Source: an uncultured candidate division Zixibacteria bacterium
GTDB taxonomy: Bacteria; Zixibacteria; MSB-5A5; GN15; FEB-12
Direction: 5' to 3'
Assembly: GCA_963735035.1 (NCBI GenBank)
Contig: CAVTJJ010000003.1
Span: 768,001-832,000, forward strand
Length of the DNA stretch: 64,000 bases
The translations under genes and the position numbers were made by a program. Positions 1 to 10,785 of this stretch are shown here, one piece after another. How positions within the stretch are numbered: position 1 is the stretch's first letter; each line of letters starts with the position of its first letter. The notes below the pieces were generated by a model that had not been told where the DNA came from, did not search any database, and was given only the letters and a program-made list of their open reading frames with translations.

Positions 1-1
1 C

Positions 2-1195
2 GTGCTTGGCGTAATTCTGATTGCACTTCCTGCCGGCACGAACGCCCAATTTGGCAAGCTCAAGAACAAGCTCAAAGACAAGGTGAGTGAGAAGATCACC
101 GAAACGAAGTCACCCAAAGATTCCACCTCGAACGACACGTCCGAAACGAGCTCGTCTCCTCAGACAGATTCGACCGGCCTGACAAGCTCGACCGACACAG
201 CCACAGCCAAGGACAATTTCTCTCTGTACACCAAGTTCGATTTCGTGCCCGGCAATAACGTCCTCTACTATGATGACCTGGCGGGTGAAGAGGTCGGCGA
301 ATTCCCGTCCCGGTGGAACCTGGTCGAAGGTGTCTTTGAGATTGCCAAGGTTGGTCCCGAGCCGTGGATCATGGTGTCAACTCAAGGCACGATCTCCCCC
401 AAACTGAACGGACCGCTGCCCGACAAATATACGGTCGAGTTCGAGTTCTTGAATCGAACCAAGTCCTACCAGGGAAGTCATTTCATTGAATTCGAGTGGG
501 TAGACGCCGAGGAAAACATACCGGCCCGCCTTCAAATCTGGAACAATCATCGAGCCACTTTCTACATGAATGATGGCAACAGTGGCGATAAAGTAATTTC
601 TGAGATCGCCGTGCAGGAGGCCTGGGCAAGCGGCATACACTCTCTCCGAATGATGGTGACCAAGAGCTCGATCAAATGCTACATCGACGAGCAACGCGTA
701 GTAAATGTGCCCAAGACGGAAGGTTTCGCGCCAACCGGTTTTAGGATCGCCTTCATGGCGAACGACGATGATTTTGCGGTGGAGAAGATGTTCGTTCGCA
801 ATTTCCGCCTTGCCCAGGGAGGCAAGACGCTCAAAGAGCAGCTCGACGAAACCGGTAAGATAGTCACCCATGGCATATATTTCGATTCCGGCTCGGATCA
901 GATAAAGGGGGAATCGTACAAGACCCTGGCCGATATCGGCCAACTCCTGACAGAGAATCCCGCTCTGAAGATCTCGATCGAGGGGCACACCGACAGCGAT
1001 GGCGCGGACAACGCCAACCTCGACCTCTCCCAGCGTCGGGCCGAGGCGGTACGGACTTACCTCATCGCCACGTTCAAGATTGATGCCGCCCGACTGGAAG
1101 CGAAAGGCTGGGGCGAAACCAAACCGATTGACGTTAACACATCGGCCGAGGGGAAAGCGAACAACCGGCGGGTCGAATTGGTCAAGCTTGGGTAG
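2..1195 (+). CDS. OmpA family protein (C-terminal peptidoglycan-binding domain); 5' end at the window edge
   Basis: C-terminal OmpA motifs IYFDSGS...ISIEGHTDSDG...NLDLSQRRAEAV...NRRVELV; signal-peptide-like N-terminus. Confidence 0.9.
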   Translation: MLGVILIALPAGTNAQFGKLKNKLKDKVSEKITETKSPKDSTSNDTSETSSSPQTDSTGLTSSTDTATAKDNFSLYTKFDFVPGNNVLYYDDLAGEEVGEFPSRWNLVEGVFEIAKVGPEPWIMVSTQGTISPKLNGPLPDKYTVEFEFLNRTKSYQGSHFIEFEWVDAEENIPARLQIWNNHRATFYMNDGNSGDKVISEIAVQEAWASGIHSLRMMVTKSSIKCYIDEQRVVNVPKTEGFAPTGFRIAFMANDDDFAVEKMFVRNFRLAQGGKTLKEQLDETGKIVTHGIYFDSGSDQIKGESYKTLADIGQLLTENPALKISIEGHTDSDGADNANLDLSQRRAEAVRTYLIATFKIDAARLEAKGWGETKPIDVNTSAEGKANNRRVELVKLG

Positions 1196-1436
1196 CCGGG
1201 CCACGCAAACATAGTCGTAGATTATCCCTAATTGGAATTGGTCTTGAAACAGTGGTCATCCCGGCTTCAGAAAAGAGCTGGCTCGGGCCGCGGCCAATTC
1301 GCAGGACCATCACCGGCAAACTCAAAAATAAGGCTGCCGGGAAGTCGTGTTCAGTGAACTTCCACGGCAGCCAATAACTGCAGGTTAGTAGCGGCGCAAC
1401 TGAGGTCTTCAACCTCGAATTGCTACCGTGACGGCC

Positions 1437-4400
1437 TTATTTCAGGAGCAGCATCTTACGTGTCTCCAGAAATTCGCCTGCCTTGATCCGGTAGAAGTAG
1501 ACACCGCTGGCGTATTGGCTCGCGTTCCAGTCGACCCGGTGATATCCGGCCGGCATCTCACGATCTACGAGGACATCTACCGTCTGGCCAAGAATATTGA
1601 AGATCGTCAGTTTCACCGCATTCGCTTTCGGAAGTGCGAACTCAATCGTGGTTACAGGATTGAACGGGTTGGGGTAGTTCTGCGAAAGCTCGAATCGGGT
1701 CGGGAGGTTCGGGTTGCCGTCCTTGACTGCCAGGCTCACATCCCGGTGAACCATGTCCGCGGCCTGAGCTTTTACCACCTCGTACTCTCCCGGCACGGAG
1801 ATCAACACCCATTCTCCCTTTTCAATCACAGCCGAGCTGTCGAGATCGACCAGACCCACCTTGAGCGTATCCCCATGACGCCCCTGAACGAGATCAAGTC
1901 CCAGTTCCGTGAGCTTGCGAGCAGGCGCAGTTCCCTTCCCGACCAGGCTCAACTGGACGCCTCGCAGTACCATATCGGTCGACAGGAAGAGGCTGGTAGT
2001 GTCGTTGCTGACGGATCGCCACAGGGTGGGCTCGACCGCCGCCATTTTCGCCTGCGGAACGGGTACAGTCTGCGTACAGGAGATCAAATCACGCTGCGAA
2101 ATGAAGAGGTGGTCGACACCGTAGGTTATGTCGCTAATCGTAATGGCGCGCTCCGGATCGGCGTTTAGATTACTCTCGTCGATACACGCCAGTGGGGGGC
2201 AACTGATGAACAGGTGGTCGATAAGAGCTGAGATATCACCGATGGTGCATTCGACCCCGTCCTGGTTGACATCACCACGCACGCCCTGACAGCAGGACGC
2301 AATGGTGAAGCAGTACGGTCCACCCCAGACCGGGTAGGTGTGGCCGGTCCAGTCTCTCCCCGGAAAGTCTCCGTAATACCAGCCCCACGTGTTGCTACCG
2401 TTGGGTAGGTAATCGAAATTGTCAATACAGATCTCCTTGCCGATGTCATCGCATGATACCTGAGTCTCTATATACCAGGCGATTCCCCCGGCCCCGGGCG
2501 GTAGCTTGTAGCCAGCCAAAGGCATAATGGAACCGACAAACGTCACCGAGTCGACCGTTTCGTTATGGTGGATCGAAGTAAAGGTCATGCCGCCCTCCAG
2601 ATACGCCGAGTCCCATACCGGCCCCTCCAAAGCCCATTTCACCACGATTGGATCAAAAGTGGCGCCATCAGGCGACGAAATTGTGAAACCGTTAACTACT
2701 GCCGTGATCGGCTTAGTCTGATCGTTCTGAATGCTCAGTACAAAGCGGACAGTCTGGCCACAGGTAAACTCCGGCCCTGTCGGAGCCAACAATTCCACCG
2801 TCCCGCCGAGCCCGCACGTAGTGTGGGTTGTCTGCACCCAGGGTGTAGTGATATAACCATCCGTCGCCCGTGCCCGCCAGTGATAGACGGTTGCCAGTTC
2901 GCCATCGAAGTTAAGTTTCAGGCTCGGCGACGGGCTATGTTCCACCTGGGTGATGATGTTCTCCATCGCAGAATCACGCGCGAATTGGATATCGTAGTAG
3001 ACCGAATCCTTTTCAGGATCAGTACAACCAGAGAAAGACAAGCCCTCAATGTGTCGATTCCCAGGGTAGTGGGCAGGCGTAAACTGCGGCGTCGACGGTC
3101 CGGCGTTGATGTGTATGAAAAGGTACTTCCAGCTTCCCCAATTAGTGCCGTTGCTTACGTGTACCCGTGCTATATAGTTCGTCCCCCGGGTCAGAGCCGG
3201 CCCGCTGTAGGCAGCCAAGGTATCTACAGACGTTACTTCACCGGTCGTCCAGATACCGCCGCCCTCCCAGGTAGTCGGGAAAGCAGCCAGTTGCAGTTCG
3301 TAGAACTGCTGGGTGCCCACCGTGTCTTTGAAACTCCAGTAGAACGTGGGTGATAATGACATCACGTGATCCTGGACTTCGTCACCAACGTTGATATTCT
3401 CAGCCACCGGCAGGATCTGTGGCGACTGGTAAGGAAAAGCACCTATGTCGCCACGCGTTCCATCGGCATCCACAAACTCCGCAGCGGGATCGCCAGTGTC
3501 AATGCAGGGCGAGCCCGCCGTCAAATGGAAATCACTGTGTGCTGAGTCCGCAAACATTGGATCAGCCGATATACTCCTAGTACCGGGAGTAACCCCGAAG
3601 TAGTTGCCGTCGGCGTTCATATAAGCATCGTTGTAATTGCACGCGACGTTAACATTGGAGAGCACTGCCCAACCTGGGCCGTTGTTGGCAAAAATGTTGT
3701 TTCTTACGTCAACATCGTTCCCGTTCGATTGGGTGAAAGCCAGACATGACCCGCCATAACGGCCGGGAGTGTAGACGGCCTGGACGGTGGTCTGATTGCC
3801 GACGAACGTATTGCCGTGGATCTTCAATTTCAAAGAGTTGCTTGCCCTGATCGCCCCACCCAGATTTGCCTTGTTGTTAGTAAAGAGATTATTTTTGATA
3901 GTGCAATTCTTGGTGTCACTGAGACAGATCCCACCGCCGTATCCACTGAGTCCCAGGTTATTGAACCAGTTGGATTCCACGAGAGCTGAACCGTTTGCGA
4001 TGCGTATACCGCCGCCGCTCGTGCCGTTGTTGCAACTGTTCAGGAATTGATTGTTCCGCACGACTACCTGATCGGTGGTACTGTCGACATACAAAGGCGT
4101 TCTGCCGCAATTAGTGAAGATGCATCCTTCTACTAAGGCCGCCGCGCCATTCAATAGGATTCCCTGGCCGCCGGGGTTTTGAAAGGTAAGATTGCTTATT
4201 GTGGAAACTCCTCGGCTGCCGTTCAATGTAATCAGGGCAGACTGCCAATAAGTAGTACTGGTGATAATCGTAACATCGGGCCCGTCACTGGACGTGAGGA
4301 CAACTACCTTTCCGTCGAAATCAATATTCTCCCGGTAGGTTCCCGGCCCAACAATGACCGAATCGCCGTCAAACGCCGCCGCTACAGCCGCAGATATAGT

Positions 4401-7400
4401 CGCATGATCATCCGGCACCCTTCTTCGACCGGTGAGGCTCACCCGCACAACGGCCGAACTCCAATCACCCCATTCTGTCCCGTCATGCACCCGCAGACGC
4501 AGGAAATATGTCGTGAGATCGACAAGAGCTGGTCCACCATACACCAGATTCCCATCTCCGGATGCAACCGGACCGGAAGTCCAGATCGGGGTGGCCAGCC
4601 ACAGAGGATCTGTTCCCAATTGTGCCTCGTGCTGATTCTGAGTTGTCGATAACGGATCGAGATAGGTCCAGGTGATGGTCGGGGTACCGCTCTTCAGCAC
4701 ACCGTAGGCGTTGACCGGTTCGAGAGCAATATTTGCGGCAATCGGATAATCGACCGGTGAGCCGCTGACGGCCCCGATATCACTGCGACTGCCGTCCGGA
4801 TCGTTGTGGGATGGATCCGGGTCCCCGGCATTCATACACGGCGAATCAAATCGAAGAGCGAAAGTATTGCCAGCCGTGTCAACTATCAGCGGATTGACCG
4901 ACATACCGCCGGGAATTTCCGTAAACCCGACTCGATTGGACAACTGGTTTCCGTAGGCATTGTTATATCGCACATTGGCGGAATAGGTGGATATAATCCC
5001 CGCTCCTTTGTTGAATATGACCAGATTATTGTAATAGTTTCCAGCACAACCAATGCTAAGTCCGTCACCTTCGGTACCGTATATTGTGTTGTTAACAACT
5101 TCCACATTACCGGACTGCGTCTGCAGACCCTGCACGTTGCGGGCAAAGATGTTGTTTCGGGCGGAGCCTGTTCCGGCCCGTAGTCTGGCCGCCAGAGTGC
5201 TTCCCGTGACGTAGTTGCTGTCCAGGCGGTATTGCCCCAGGAGAACAACTGCCCGGTTGTTGTCGACGAATTCGCAGTGCACAGAACTCACGGATTTCGC
5301 AAAACCGCTGTTCAGGGCGGTTCCCGTTAGACCTACGAATCGGCAATCACGAATATCGCAACTTGCGCTGTCTCGTAATAGGATTCCGCAACTGCCATCA
5401 GTGAAGGTCAGTCCAACAATGGTCAATTGGGAGCTCCCTGGCAGAACTGTGATTGTCGCCTCTGCCCCTGGCATCGATTGGAGGATAGTTGAAGCGGCCT
5501 CCCCCGTGGACATCAGGACCAGTCCTTCACACTCCGCTATCACGCTCTCACGATATGTTCCCGGCTCGATGAATATCGTATCACCTTCCACGGCATAATC
5601 AAACGCATCATGAATCGAAGTCATGTCACTGGGGACATGGATCGACCCGGCCCCCTTGAACCGACCGCTTATTTCGTACCAGTCGCCCCATTGGCTACCA
5701 TTGTACAGGCGAATGCGAAAATAGTAGATTACGAAGCTACTCAAAGGCGGACCACTGTAGAAGATATCCGTTTCTGACCCGCTTATCGGCCCCTGGTCCC
5801 ACACCTCGGCTACGTCCCAATATGAATCAGTGCCGACCTGAATCTGGTACATTTGCTGGGTCGTGGGTTGATCATCGACATATTCCCAGCGCAGCTCCGG
5901 AACCAGAGTATAGAATGATACTATCTCGAAGTTGTGAACAAACGGCATCGGCAGTGCTTCGAACCATAAAGCGCCAACATCATTGCGACTGCCGTCCGGA
6001 TCGTTGTAAGACGAATCGGGATCGCCGACGTCGACGGCCGCCGATCCTGGCAGAAGACGTGCATCCCCCAGAGCCGGGTTGGCCAGCATGGGATCGCCGA
6101 AGATCTGCACGCTGCTGTCATAACCCAGGTGGTCTTCCCAGGGAGCCCCGTTTTCCCAGAACAGGTTATGTGAAACATGAGCCAATTCCAGGTCAATCCG
6201 GTAGTCTGACTCGCAGTCAGCGATTGCCTCATAGCGACAGTGTGCAAAGATGTTGTTGTAGACATTGATATCGAAATATTCCGAACTGGCGGAATAGTAT
6301 TCGTCGTTGGTAATGGCCCGGTCATTTCCCCAGAATGTGTTATTGGTTATGTATGCCGAACTGCCCGGTGCTAGAACAGGGATGCGAATAGCGCTCTCGC
6401 CTCCATTGTTAATAAAGAGATTACGCTTGATGTCGATGCGCCGGTTATCGTTGCCCAGAATTACGATAGTTGACGGAGAGACCTGCTGCCAAGTGAAATC
6501 GGGATCGATGTGGATCTGGTTGTCACGGAGGATATTATCTCTGATCGTAGCTGCGCTGTATTGTATGAGGACGGCTGGCGGTCCGGATGCTCCGGTAATG
6601 GTTAGTCCGGCGATTTCGGGCACACCGTAGCTATTGTATCCATATTGGATGCTGATAATCGGCAAATCCAGGGATGCCGGGAGGAGAATAGTATTTTCCG
6701 CTCCCGTTTCGCCCAGGACCAACACCTGACGGTTGATGGCGATTTCGAGGTTCTCTTTGTATTCGCCCGGCGCGATCAGCACAGTATCGCCGGGGAGTGA
6801 CGCATTGATAGCAGCTTGTATCGTGGGGTACTCTGAGGGCACTCGTAGCGCCAGCGAGCCGCCACGGATCATGATGATCGATTGCAGCGGGTTGATCAGG
6901 CCGGAGCCCAACTGACCCGCCAGATCCGGATTGAGATGATCGAGGCTCGTAGCCGTCGAAATAATGGCGTCAATCACTTCCTGGCGCGTGGCCGAAGGTT
7001 TATAGGTCCAGAGCAGGGCCGCCTGGGCCGCCACGAACGGTGCGGCGAAACTGGTTCCTCCCCACCAGGCGTAACTGTCGCCGAGATACGGACCATAGAT
7101 ACCGGTGCCGGGGGCGCAAACATCAATGTTGGAACCGTAGCAGGAGAAATCGGCCAGAAGATCGAGCGTATCGACCGCGGCCACACCCAAAACGTTGGGA
7201 TCCGAAGCTGGGAAATGAGCGCCCGGCGTATGGCCATTGCCTGCCGCGGCCACGATCAGAACCTGATGTTCGGCCGCATAGGCCGCCGCCGCCGCGATCG
7301 CGTCATGGCGTTCGATCGTAACCAGGCTGAGATTGATTACCTTGCATCCGTCATTCACCGCCTGGATGATCGCCTCTGCCAGAACATATGCATTGCCCAG

Positions 7401-8045
7401 ACCATCAAGACCGGTGACGCGATAGACATAGATGTCCGCTTCGGGGGCGACCAATCTGGTGACACCCGCCACGAAAGTACCGTGACCACTGTTAGCTCCG
7501 CCTTCTTCGTCGAAGGGATCGTTGTCGGAATCGACGTAGTCACGGCGTTTGACTACATTATCCTTGAGAAGGGGATGATTGTAATTCACACCGCCGTCGA
7601 GCACCGCCACGCGTACCCCGGCACCGGTGGCCTGAACATGCACCTGATCGAGACCGAGGTGGGTTGCCGCTTCCTGGTTGCGGAAATCTCCTGTGCGCTG
7701 ATTATCCGATACCGGCAGGCTTCCCTGTACACCCTTGAGAGGATCGACCAGGAAATTCGGCTGGCAAAACGCCACCCCAGGCATCGCGGCCACAACCGCC
7801 GCCAGAGAGTCCAGATCGGGACCGGTCGGCAGCGAAAGCAGGTATATCTCCAATTGGCTCAACTGCTGCTCGACCGTCGCACCGACCGATGAGACAACTT
7901 CATCTACGGAATGGCCTGGCTGCATCTTGAGAACCAGCGAACCATCCTCATAGCGCGTTGAGCCGTTGACCATACCGCTGAGTGAGATACCCAGGATCAA
8001 CACGCCTATTGTGATTCTCAAGACTGTAGTTCGGGGACTGCCCAT
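1437..8045 (-). CDS. Giant secreted S8 (subtilisin-like) peptidase with three beta-helix/Ig-FN3-like modules, dockerin-like domain and C-terminal secretion/FlgD-like domain
   Basis: Triad motifs VAVLDGG / GHGTFVAG / GTSFAAPFVA; three VPSxxxTIxxAI...GDP..DxDGxRxDxGA modules; CCQGVRGDVNQDG..IGDISALIDHLF dockerin; LSQNYPNPFNP..TRKMLLLK tail; ATG at 8045 preceded by AAGGAGG and followed by a signal peptide. Confidence 0.9.
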   Translation of the reverse strand: MGSPRTTVLRITIGVLILGISLSGMVNGSTRYEDGSLVLKMQPGHSVDEVVSSVGATVEQQLSQLEIYLLSLPTGPDLDSLAAVVAAMPGVAFCQPNFLVDPLKGVQGSLPVSDNQRTGDFRNQEAATHLGLDQVHVQATGAGVRVAVLDGGVNYNHPLLKDNVVKRRDYVDSDNDPFDEEGGANSGHGTFVAGVTRLVAPEADIYVYRVTGLDGLGNAYVLAEAIIQAVNDGCKVINLSLVTIERHDAIAAAAAYAAEHQVLIVAAAGNGHTPGAHFPASDPNVLGVAAVDTLDLLADFSCYGSNIDVCAPGTGIYGPYLGDSYAWWGGTSFAAPFVAAQAALLWTYKPSATRQEVIDAIISTATSLDHLNPDLAGQLGSGLINPLQSIIMIRGGSLALRVPSEYPTIQAAINASLPGDTVLIAPGEYKENLEIAINRQVLVLGETGAENTILLPASLDLPIISIQYGYNSYGVPEIAGLTITGASGPPAVLIQYSAATIRDNILRDNQIHIDPDFTWQQVSPSTIVILGNDNRRIDIKRNLFINNGGESAIRIPVLAPGSSAYITNNTFWGNDRAITNDEYYSASSEYFDINVYNNIFAHCRYEAIADCESDYRIDLELAHVSHNLFWENGAPWEDHLGYDSSVQIFGDPMLANPALGDARLLPGSAAVDVGDPDSSYNDPDGSRNDVGALWFEALPMPFVHNFEIVSFYTLVPELRWEYVDDQPTTQQMYQIQVGTDSYWDVAEVWDQGPISGSETDIFYSGPPLSSFVIYYFRIRLYNGSQWGDWYEISGRFKGAGSIHVPSDMTSIHDAFDYAVEGDTIFIEPGTYRESVIAECEGLVLMSTGEAASTILQSMPGAEATITVLPGSSQLTIVGLTFTDGSCGILLRDSASCDIRDCRFVGLTGTALNSGFAKSVSSVHCEFVDNNRAVVLLGQYRLDSNYVTGSTLAARLRAGTGSARNNIFARNVQGLQTQSGNVEVVNNTIYGTEGDGLSIGCAGNYYNNLVIFNKGAGIISTYSANVRYNNAYGNQLSNRVGFTEIPGGMSVNPLIVDTAGNTFALRFDSPCMNAGDPDPSHNDPDGSRSDIGAVSGSPVDYPIAANIALEPVNAYGVLKSGTPTITWTYLDPLSTTQNQHEAQLGTDPLWLATPIWTSGPVASGDGNLVYGGPALVDLTTYFLRLRVHDGTEWGDWSSAVVRVSLTGRRRVPDDHATISAAVAAAFDGDSVIVGPGTYRENIDFDGKVVVLTSSDGPDVTIITSTTYWQSALITLNGSRGVSTISNLTFQNPGGQGILLNGAAALVEGCIFTNCGRTPLYVDSTTDQVVVRNNQFLNSCNNGTSGGGIRIANGSALVESNWFNNLGLSGYGGGICLSDTKNCTIKNNLFTNNKANLGGAIRASNSLKLKIHGNTFVGNQTTVQAVYTPGRYGGSCLAFTQSNGNDVDVRNNIFANNGPGWAVLSNVNVACNYNDAYMNADGNYFGVTPGTRSISADPMFADSAHSDFHLTAGSPCIDTGDPAAEFVDADGTRGDIGAFPYQSPQILPVAENINVGDEVQDHVMSLSPTFYWSFKDTVGTQQFYELQLAAFPTTWEGGGIWTTGEVTSVDTLAAYSGPALTRGTNYIARVHVSNGTNWGSWKYLFIHINAGPSTPQFTPAHYPGNRHIEGLSFSGCTDPEKDSVYYDIQFARDSAMENIITQVEHSPSPSLKLNFDGELATVYHWRARATDGYITTPWVQTTHTTCGLGGTVELLAPTGPEFTCGQTVRFVLSIQNDQTKPITAVVNGFTISSPDGATFDPIVVKWALEGPVWDSAYLEGGMTFTSIHHNETVDSVTFVGSIMPLAGYKLPPGAGGIAWYIETQVSCDDIGKEICIDNFDYLPNGSNTWGWYYGDFPGRDWTGHTYPVWGGPYCFTIASCCQGVRGDVNQDGVECTIGDISALIDHLFISCPPLACIDESNLNADPERAITISDITYGVDHLFISQRDLISCTQTVPVPQAKMAAVEPTLWRSVSNDTTSLFLSTDMVLRGVQLSLVGKGTAPARKLTELGLDLVQGRHGDTLKVGLVDLDSSAVIEKGEWVLISVPGEYEVVKAQAADMVHRDVSLAVKDGNPNLPTRFELSQNYPNPFNPVTTIEFALPKANAVKLTIFNILGQTVDVLVDREMPAGYHRVDWNASQYASGVYFYRIKAGEFLETRKMLLLK

Positions 8046-8055
8046 ATCTTCCTCC

Positions 8056-10785
8056 TTATCCTGCTCCGTAAACGGAGAAGGATGCCCAATCATAGACCGA
8101 TGGATATTTCTGTCTGACGGTAAGCGATGCTTCACGCACAGCGTCGCATACACTCTGACCGCTCAAAATCGATTTGTAATAATGACCGATCCACACCGCG
8201 GCCGAATTGTCGGATACCGCCCAATGGCTGCCTACCACGTTGCGGCTGCCCATCTCCAGAAGACAACGCACAAGCCCGGTGGCTTCCTCACCCGGCGCCA
8301 CCGACTGGTGGGCTGTCCGACAGGCAGCCAACGTCACCAGGCCAACCCGGCAGTTCTTCAACCTGAAATCGGCCCCGAACAACGGACCGTCCTGAAGTTG
8401 AAGTGAAGAATAGAACGGATTGTCGGTTCGGTAGCGGGCATGTCCTGTGAAATGCCACATGGCCCACTCGCCCTCAGAGGGCCAGTCCTCGCGTTGACAC
8501 GGATCGTGCAGCTCCAATTCGACCGAGGCACGAAGCAGCCCGGCAAGTTCTTCGTGGGTGGGGACTAGATTTGTCTTGTCGCCCACGAAGACACCGACCC
8601 GTCCCTGCGGCGAAACGTCAAGAGTCCGCGCGTACAGGTGATGTTGCACACTCGGCGAAATGATCAAGCTGTGATCAAGAATCACAGCACGCTTCCCGTG
8701 TATGAATGCCGACCAGGGCAGAGTGGATAAGAGTCCGTCCGGCACAATAAGTACCTTGCGGTGTTCGTGTCCAATTTCGAGCGGGCTCCAGAAGAAATCG
8801 CCCATTTGGGTAAAGAGACGGCGCTCGTCATCCAGATCAGCCGACGTGCACCCGGAAGCTGACAGCAATGACCGATTGAGCTGCACCTGCCATGCGCCGG
8901 ACCATTCAGGAAGCAGTCGTCGCGCACCACGATATCGACACACCCGCGATGAACCGCGCTCATGGACAATTGCCACTATGTCTTCCTTCTGAAGACAGAA
9001 CTGCACCACCGGGTACTCGGCCGACACAGCCTGCAGGCCGGAACGAAATCGCCTTAACCATGGTTCGAGACGTCGCGGCTGTTGCTCCATCATGGCGAGG
9101 TTGTCGCGCACTTCGCGCTGGAGACGGCGCAACGAAGGATGTGACGCGAAACCATCGCCTGATCGCGTGCCGGGAACCGGACCGATCTGCTCGGCCAGAG
9201 CCGATACTTGACGCGCCAGTCGGGAAAGCGATTCCTCAGCCTGAGTACGCTTGGCCGCCGCAGCGAACGACGCGCCGGAGGCCGCCCAAATTCCAACCGT
9301 CTTGAAACGGTCGATCCAGGTGGTTGCGCACACCGGATTGTCGTCTATCGTGTGGGCTATTAATCGCTCATAGGGATCGGTCCGACCATGCGTGAAGGTG
9401 GAGCGGAGTTCCACCGGTGGCAGTTTGGCCCGCACCAAATCAAGCACTTCCGCCGCTCGTGTCCAGTGACCCATGGCGCTGGCGAAAGCACCGCGCTTGT
9501 ATTCACGGTCTCCCTGTATTGTCTGATAATGCGCCAGAAGATACGGCACACTCTTTACGGCGGGATTGCGGCTAAGCCGGCGCCGGGCCGTGTCATCATC
9601 CGGCATATCCGTGAGCAGTTGCAGATCGCTTATAGCGGCCCAGAGAGGGAGTTGACGGTCGGCTAACTTGCTGCGAATCTGTCTCAACCTTGACGGCTTC
9701 GCCGCCTGGCCGGGGGCAACCTGGACTTCGAAAAGTCGGACAGCCGTCCGGAACTCCTTGTTCTTTTCCAGAGAGAATTCGCGTCGCGCCCGCCTCAAGG
9801 CGCGGCTAACCTCGGCCCCGCGGCCGAGCACATGGGCAGATCGAGCCCGAAAGAAAGCCGCTTTGCCCGCTTCATAATGCAGGCCCAGGCTATGCGAACG
9901 GCGCTCCGCCTCTCGTGCTGCACTCAGGGCATCCGCAAAGAGATTCAGTCCAAGGTACACTTCGGCGCGATCTAGTACACACAGCAGCACACCCTTGTTC
10001 TGCCGCACCTGCCGATACTTCTCTTCACACTCGTACAGCAGACGCAGCGCGACATGATAGTCGTTGCTCAACACTGCCAGCCAGGCCAGACCGTAGTTGC
10101 TCTCGTTGACAAACAGATCGTGAAGCTGGCGGCCGAAATTCTCCCGCGCCTTCTCGTAGTATTTCCGGGCTTCATCGAACTCGAAGAGCTGGACCAGGGT
10201 GTTGGCCAGATTGTAGTAGCACAATCCCAGCACCAGTTCGTTCCCGCTCCCCCGCTCGAGATGCCGACGGGCCGTCTCGTAGTTGCGGCGTGCTTCACGG
10301 TGACGGTCCTGCCGATGCAAGAGATTGCCGTAATTGATACGGGTCTTGGCTACCTGGTCCAGGTCCCCGAGTTTTTGAAAAGTAACCATGGCCATACGGG
10401 CCCGACGTCGCGCCACCACCGGGCGTCCCAGATACATATAAACATCTATCAAAATCTTGTCGATTTGGGCGCGATTGAAGGGGCTTCGGACAACCAGCGC
10501 GCGAGCTTCCTGATAAGCCGCCTCTGCTTCCGGATATTTCCCGGAACAAAGACTGGTCCAGCCGAGGCACCTTAGCGCGATCTGTAACGGCATTTCGGAC
10601 TGGGCGCGGGTGAGCTTGACGAACTTCTTCGCCATCGCGTGTGCCCGGGGGATCGATCGTTGGGTTTCCGCCCGAACCAGGCGATCACACGCCGTGGTCA
10701 ATTCATGAGGGTCTATTCCGTCAGCGTGACCGGATTTGAGAAATCTCCTGGCCGCCGCCTCAGAACTGCGCCGCTCTACTACCAC
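8056..10785 (-). CDS. TPR-repeat CHAT-domain (caspase-like, clan CD) protease, copy 1
   Basis: N-terminal TPR helices (NYGNLLH, YNLANTL); CHAT motifs VLIVPDGLLSTLPW, WHFTGHA (His), VTLAACRT (Cys), VVGSHWAVSD, WASFSVYG; no signal peptide. Confidence 0.92.
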   Translation of the reverse strand: MVVERRSSEAAARRFLKSGHADGIDPHELTTACDRLVRAETQRSIPRAHAMAKKFVKLTRAQSEMPLQIALRCLGWTSLCSGKYPEAEAAYQEARALVVRSPFNRAQIDKILIDVYMYLGRPVVARRRARMAMVTFQKLGDLDQVAKTRINYGNLLHRQDRHREARRNYETARRHLERGSGNELVLGLCYYNLANTLVQLFEFDEARKYYEKARENFGRQLHDLFVNESNYGLAWLAVLSNDYHVALRLLYECEEKYRQVRQNKGVLLCVLDRAEVYLGLNLFADALSAAREAERRSHSLGLHYEAGKAAFFRARSAHVLGRGAEVSRALRRARREFSLEKNKEFRTAVRLFEVQVAPGQAAKPSRLRQIRSKLADRQLPLWAAISDLQLLTDMPDDDTARRRLSRNPAVKSVPYLLAHYQTIQGDREYKRGAFASAMGHWTRAAEVLDLVRAKLPPVELRSTFTHGRTDPYERLIAHTIDDNPVCATTWIDRFKTVGIWAASGASFAAAAKRTQAEESLSRLARQVSALAEQIGPVPGTRSGDGFASHPSLRRLQREVRDNLAMMEQQPRRLEPWLRRFRSGLQAVSAEYPVVQFCLQKEDIVAIVHERGSSRVCRYRGARRLLPEWSGAWQVQLNRSLLSASGCTSADLDDERRLFTQMGDFFWSPLEIGHEHRKVLIVPDGLLSTLPWSAFIHGKRAVILDHSLIISPSVQHHLYARTLDVSPQGRVGVFVGDKTNLVPTHEELAGLLRASVELELHDPCQREDWPSEGEWAMWHFTGHARYRTDNPFYSSLQLQDGPLFGADFRLKNCRVGLVTLAACRTAHQSVAPGEEATGLVRCLLEMGSRNVVGSHWAVSDNSAAVWIGHYYKSILSGQSVCDAVREASLTVRQKYPSVYDWASFSVYGAG

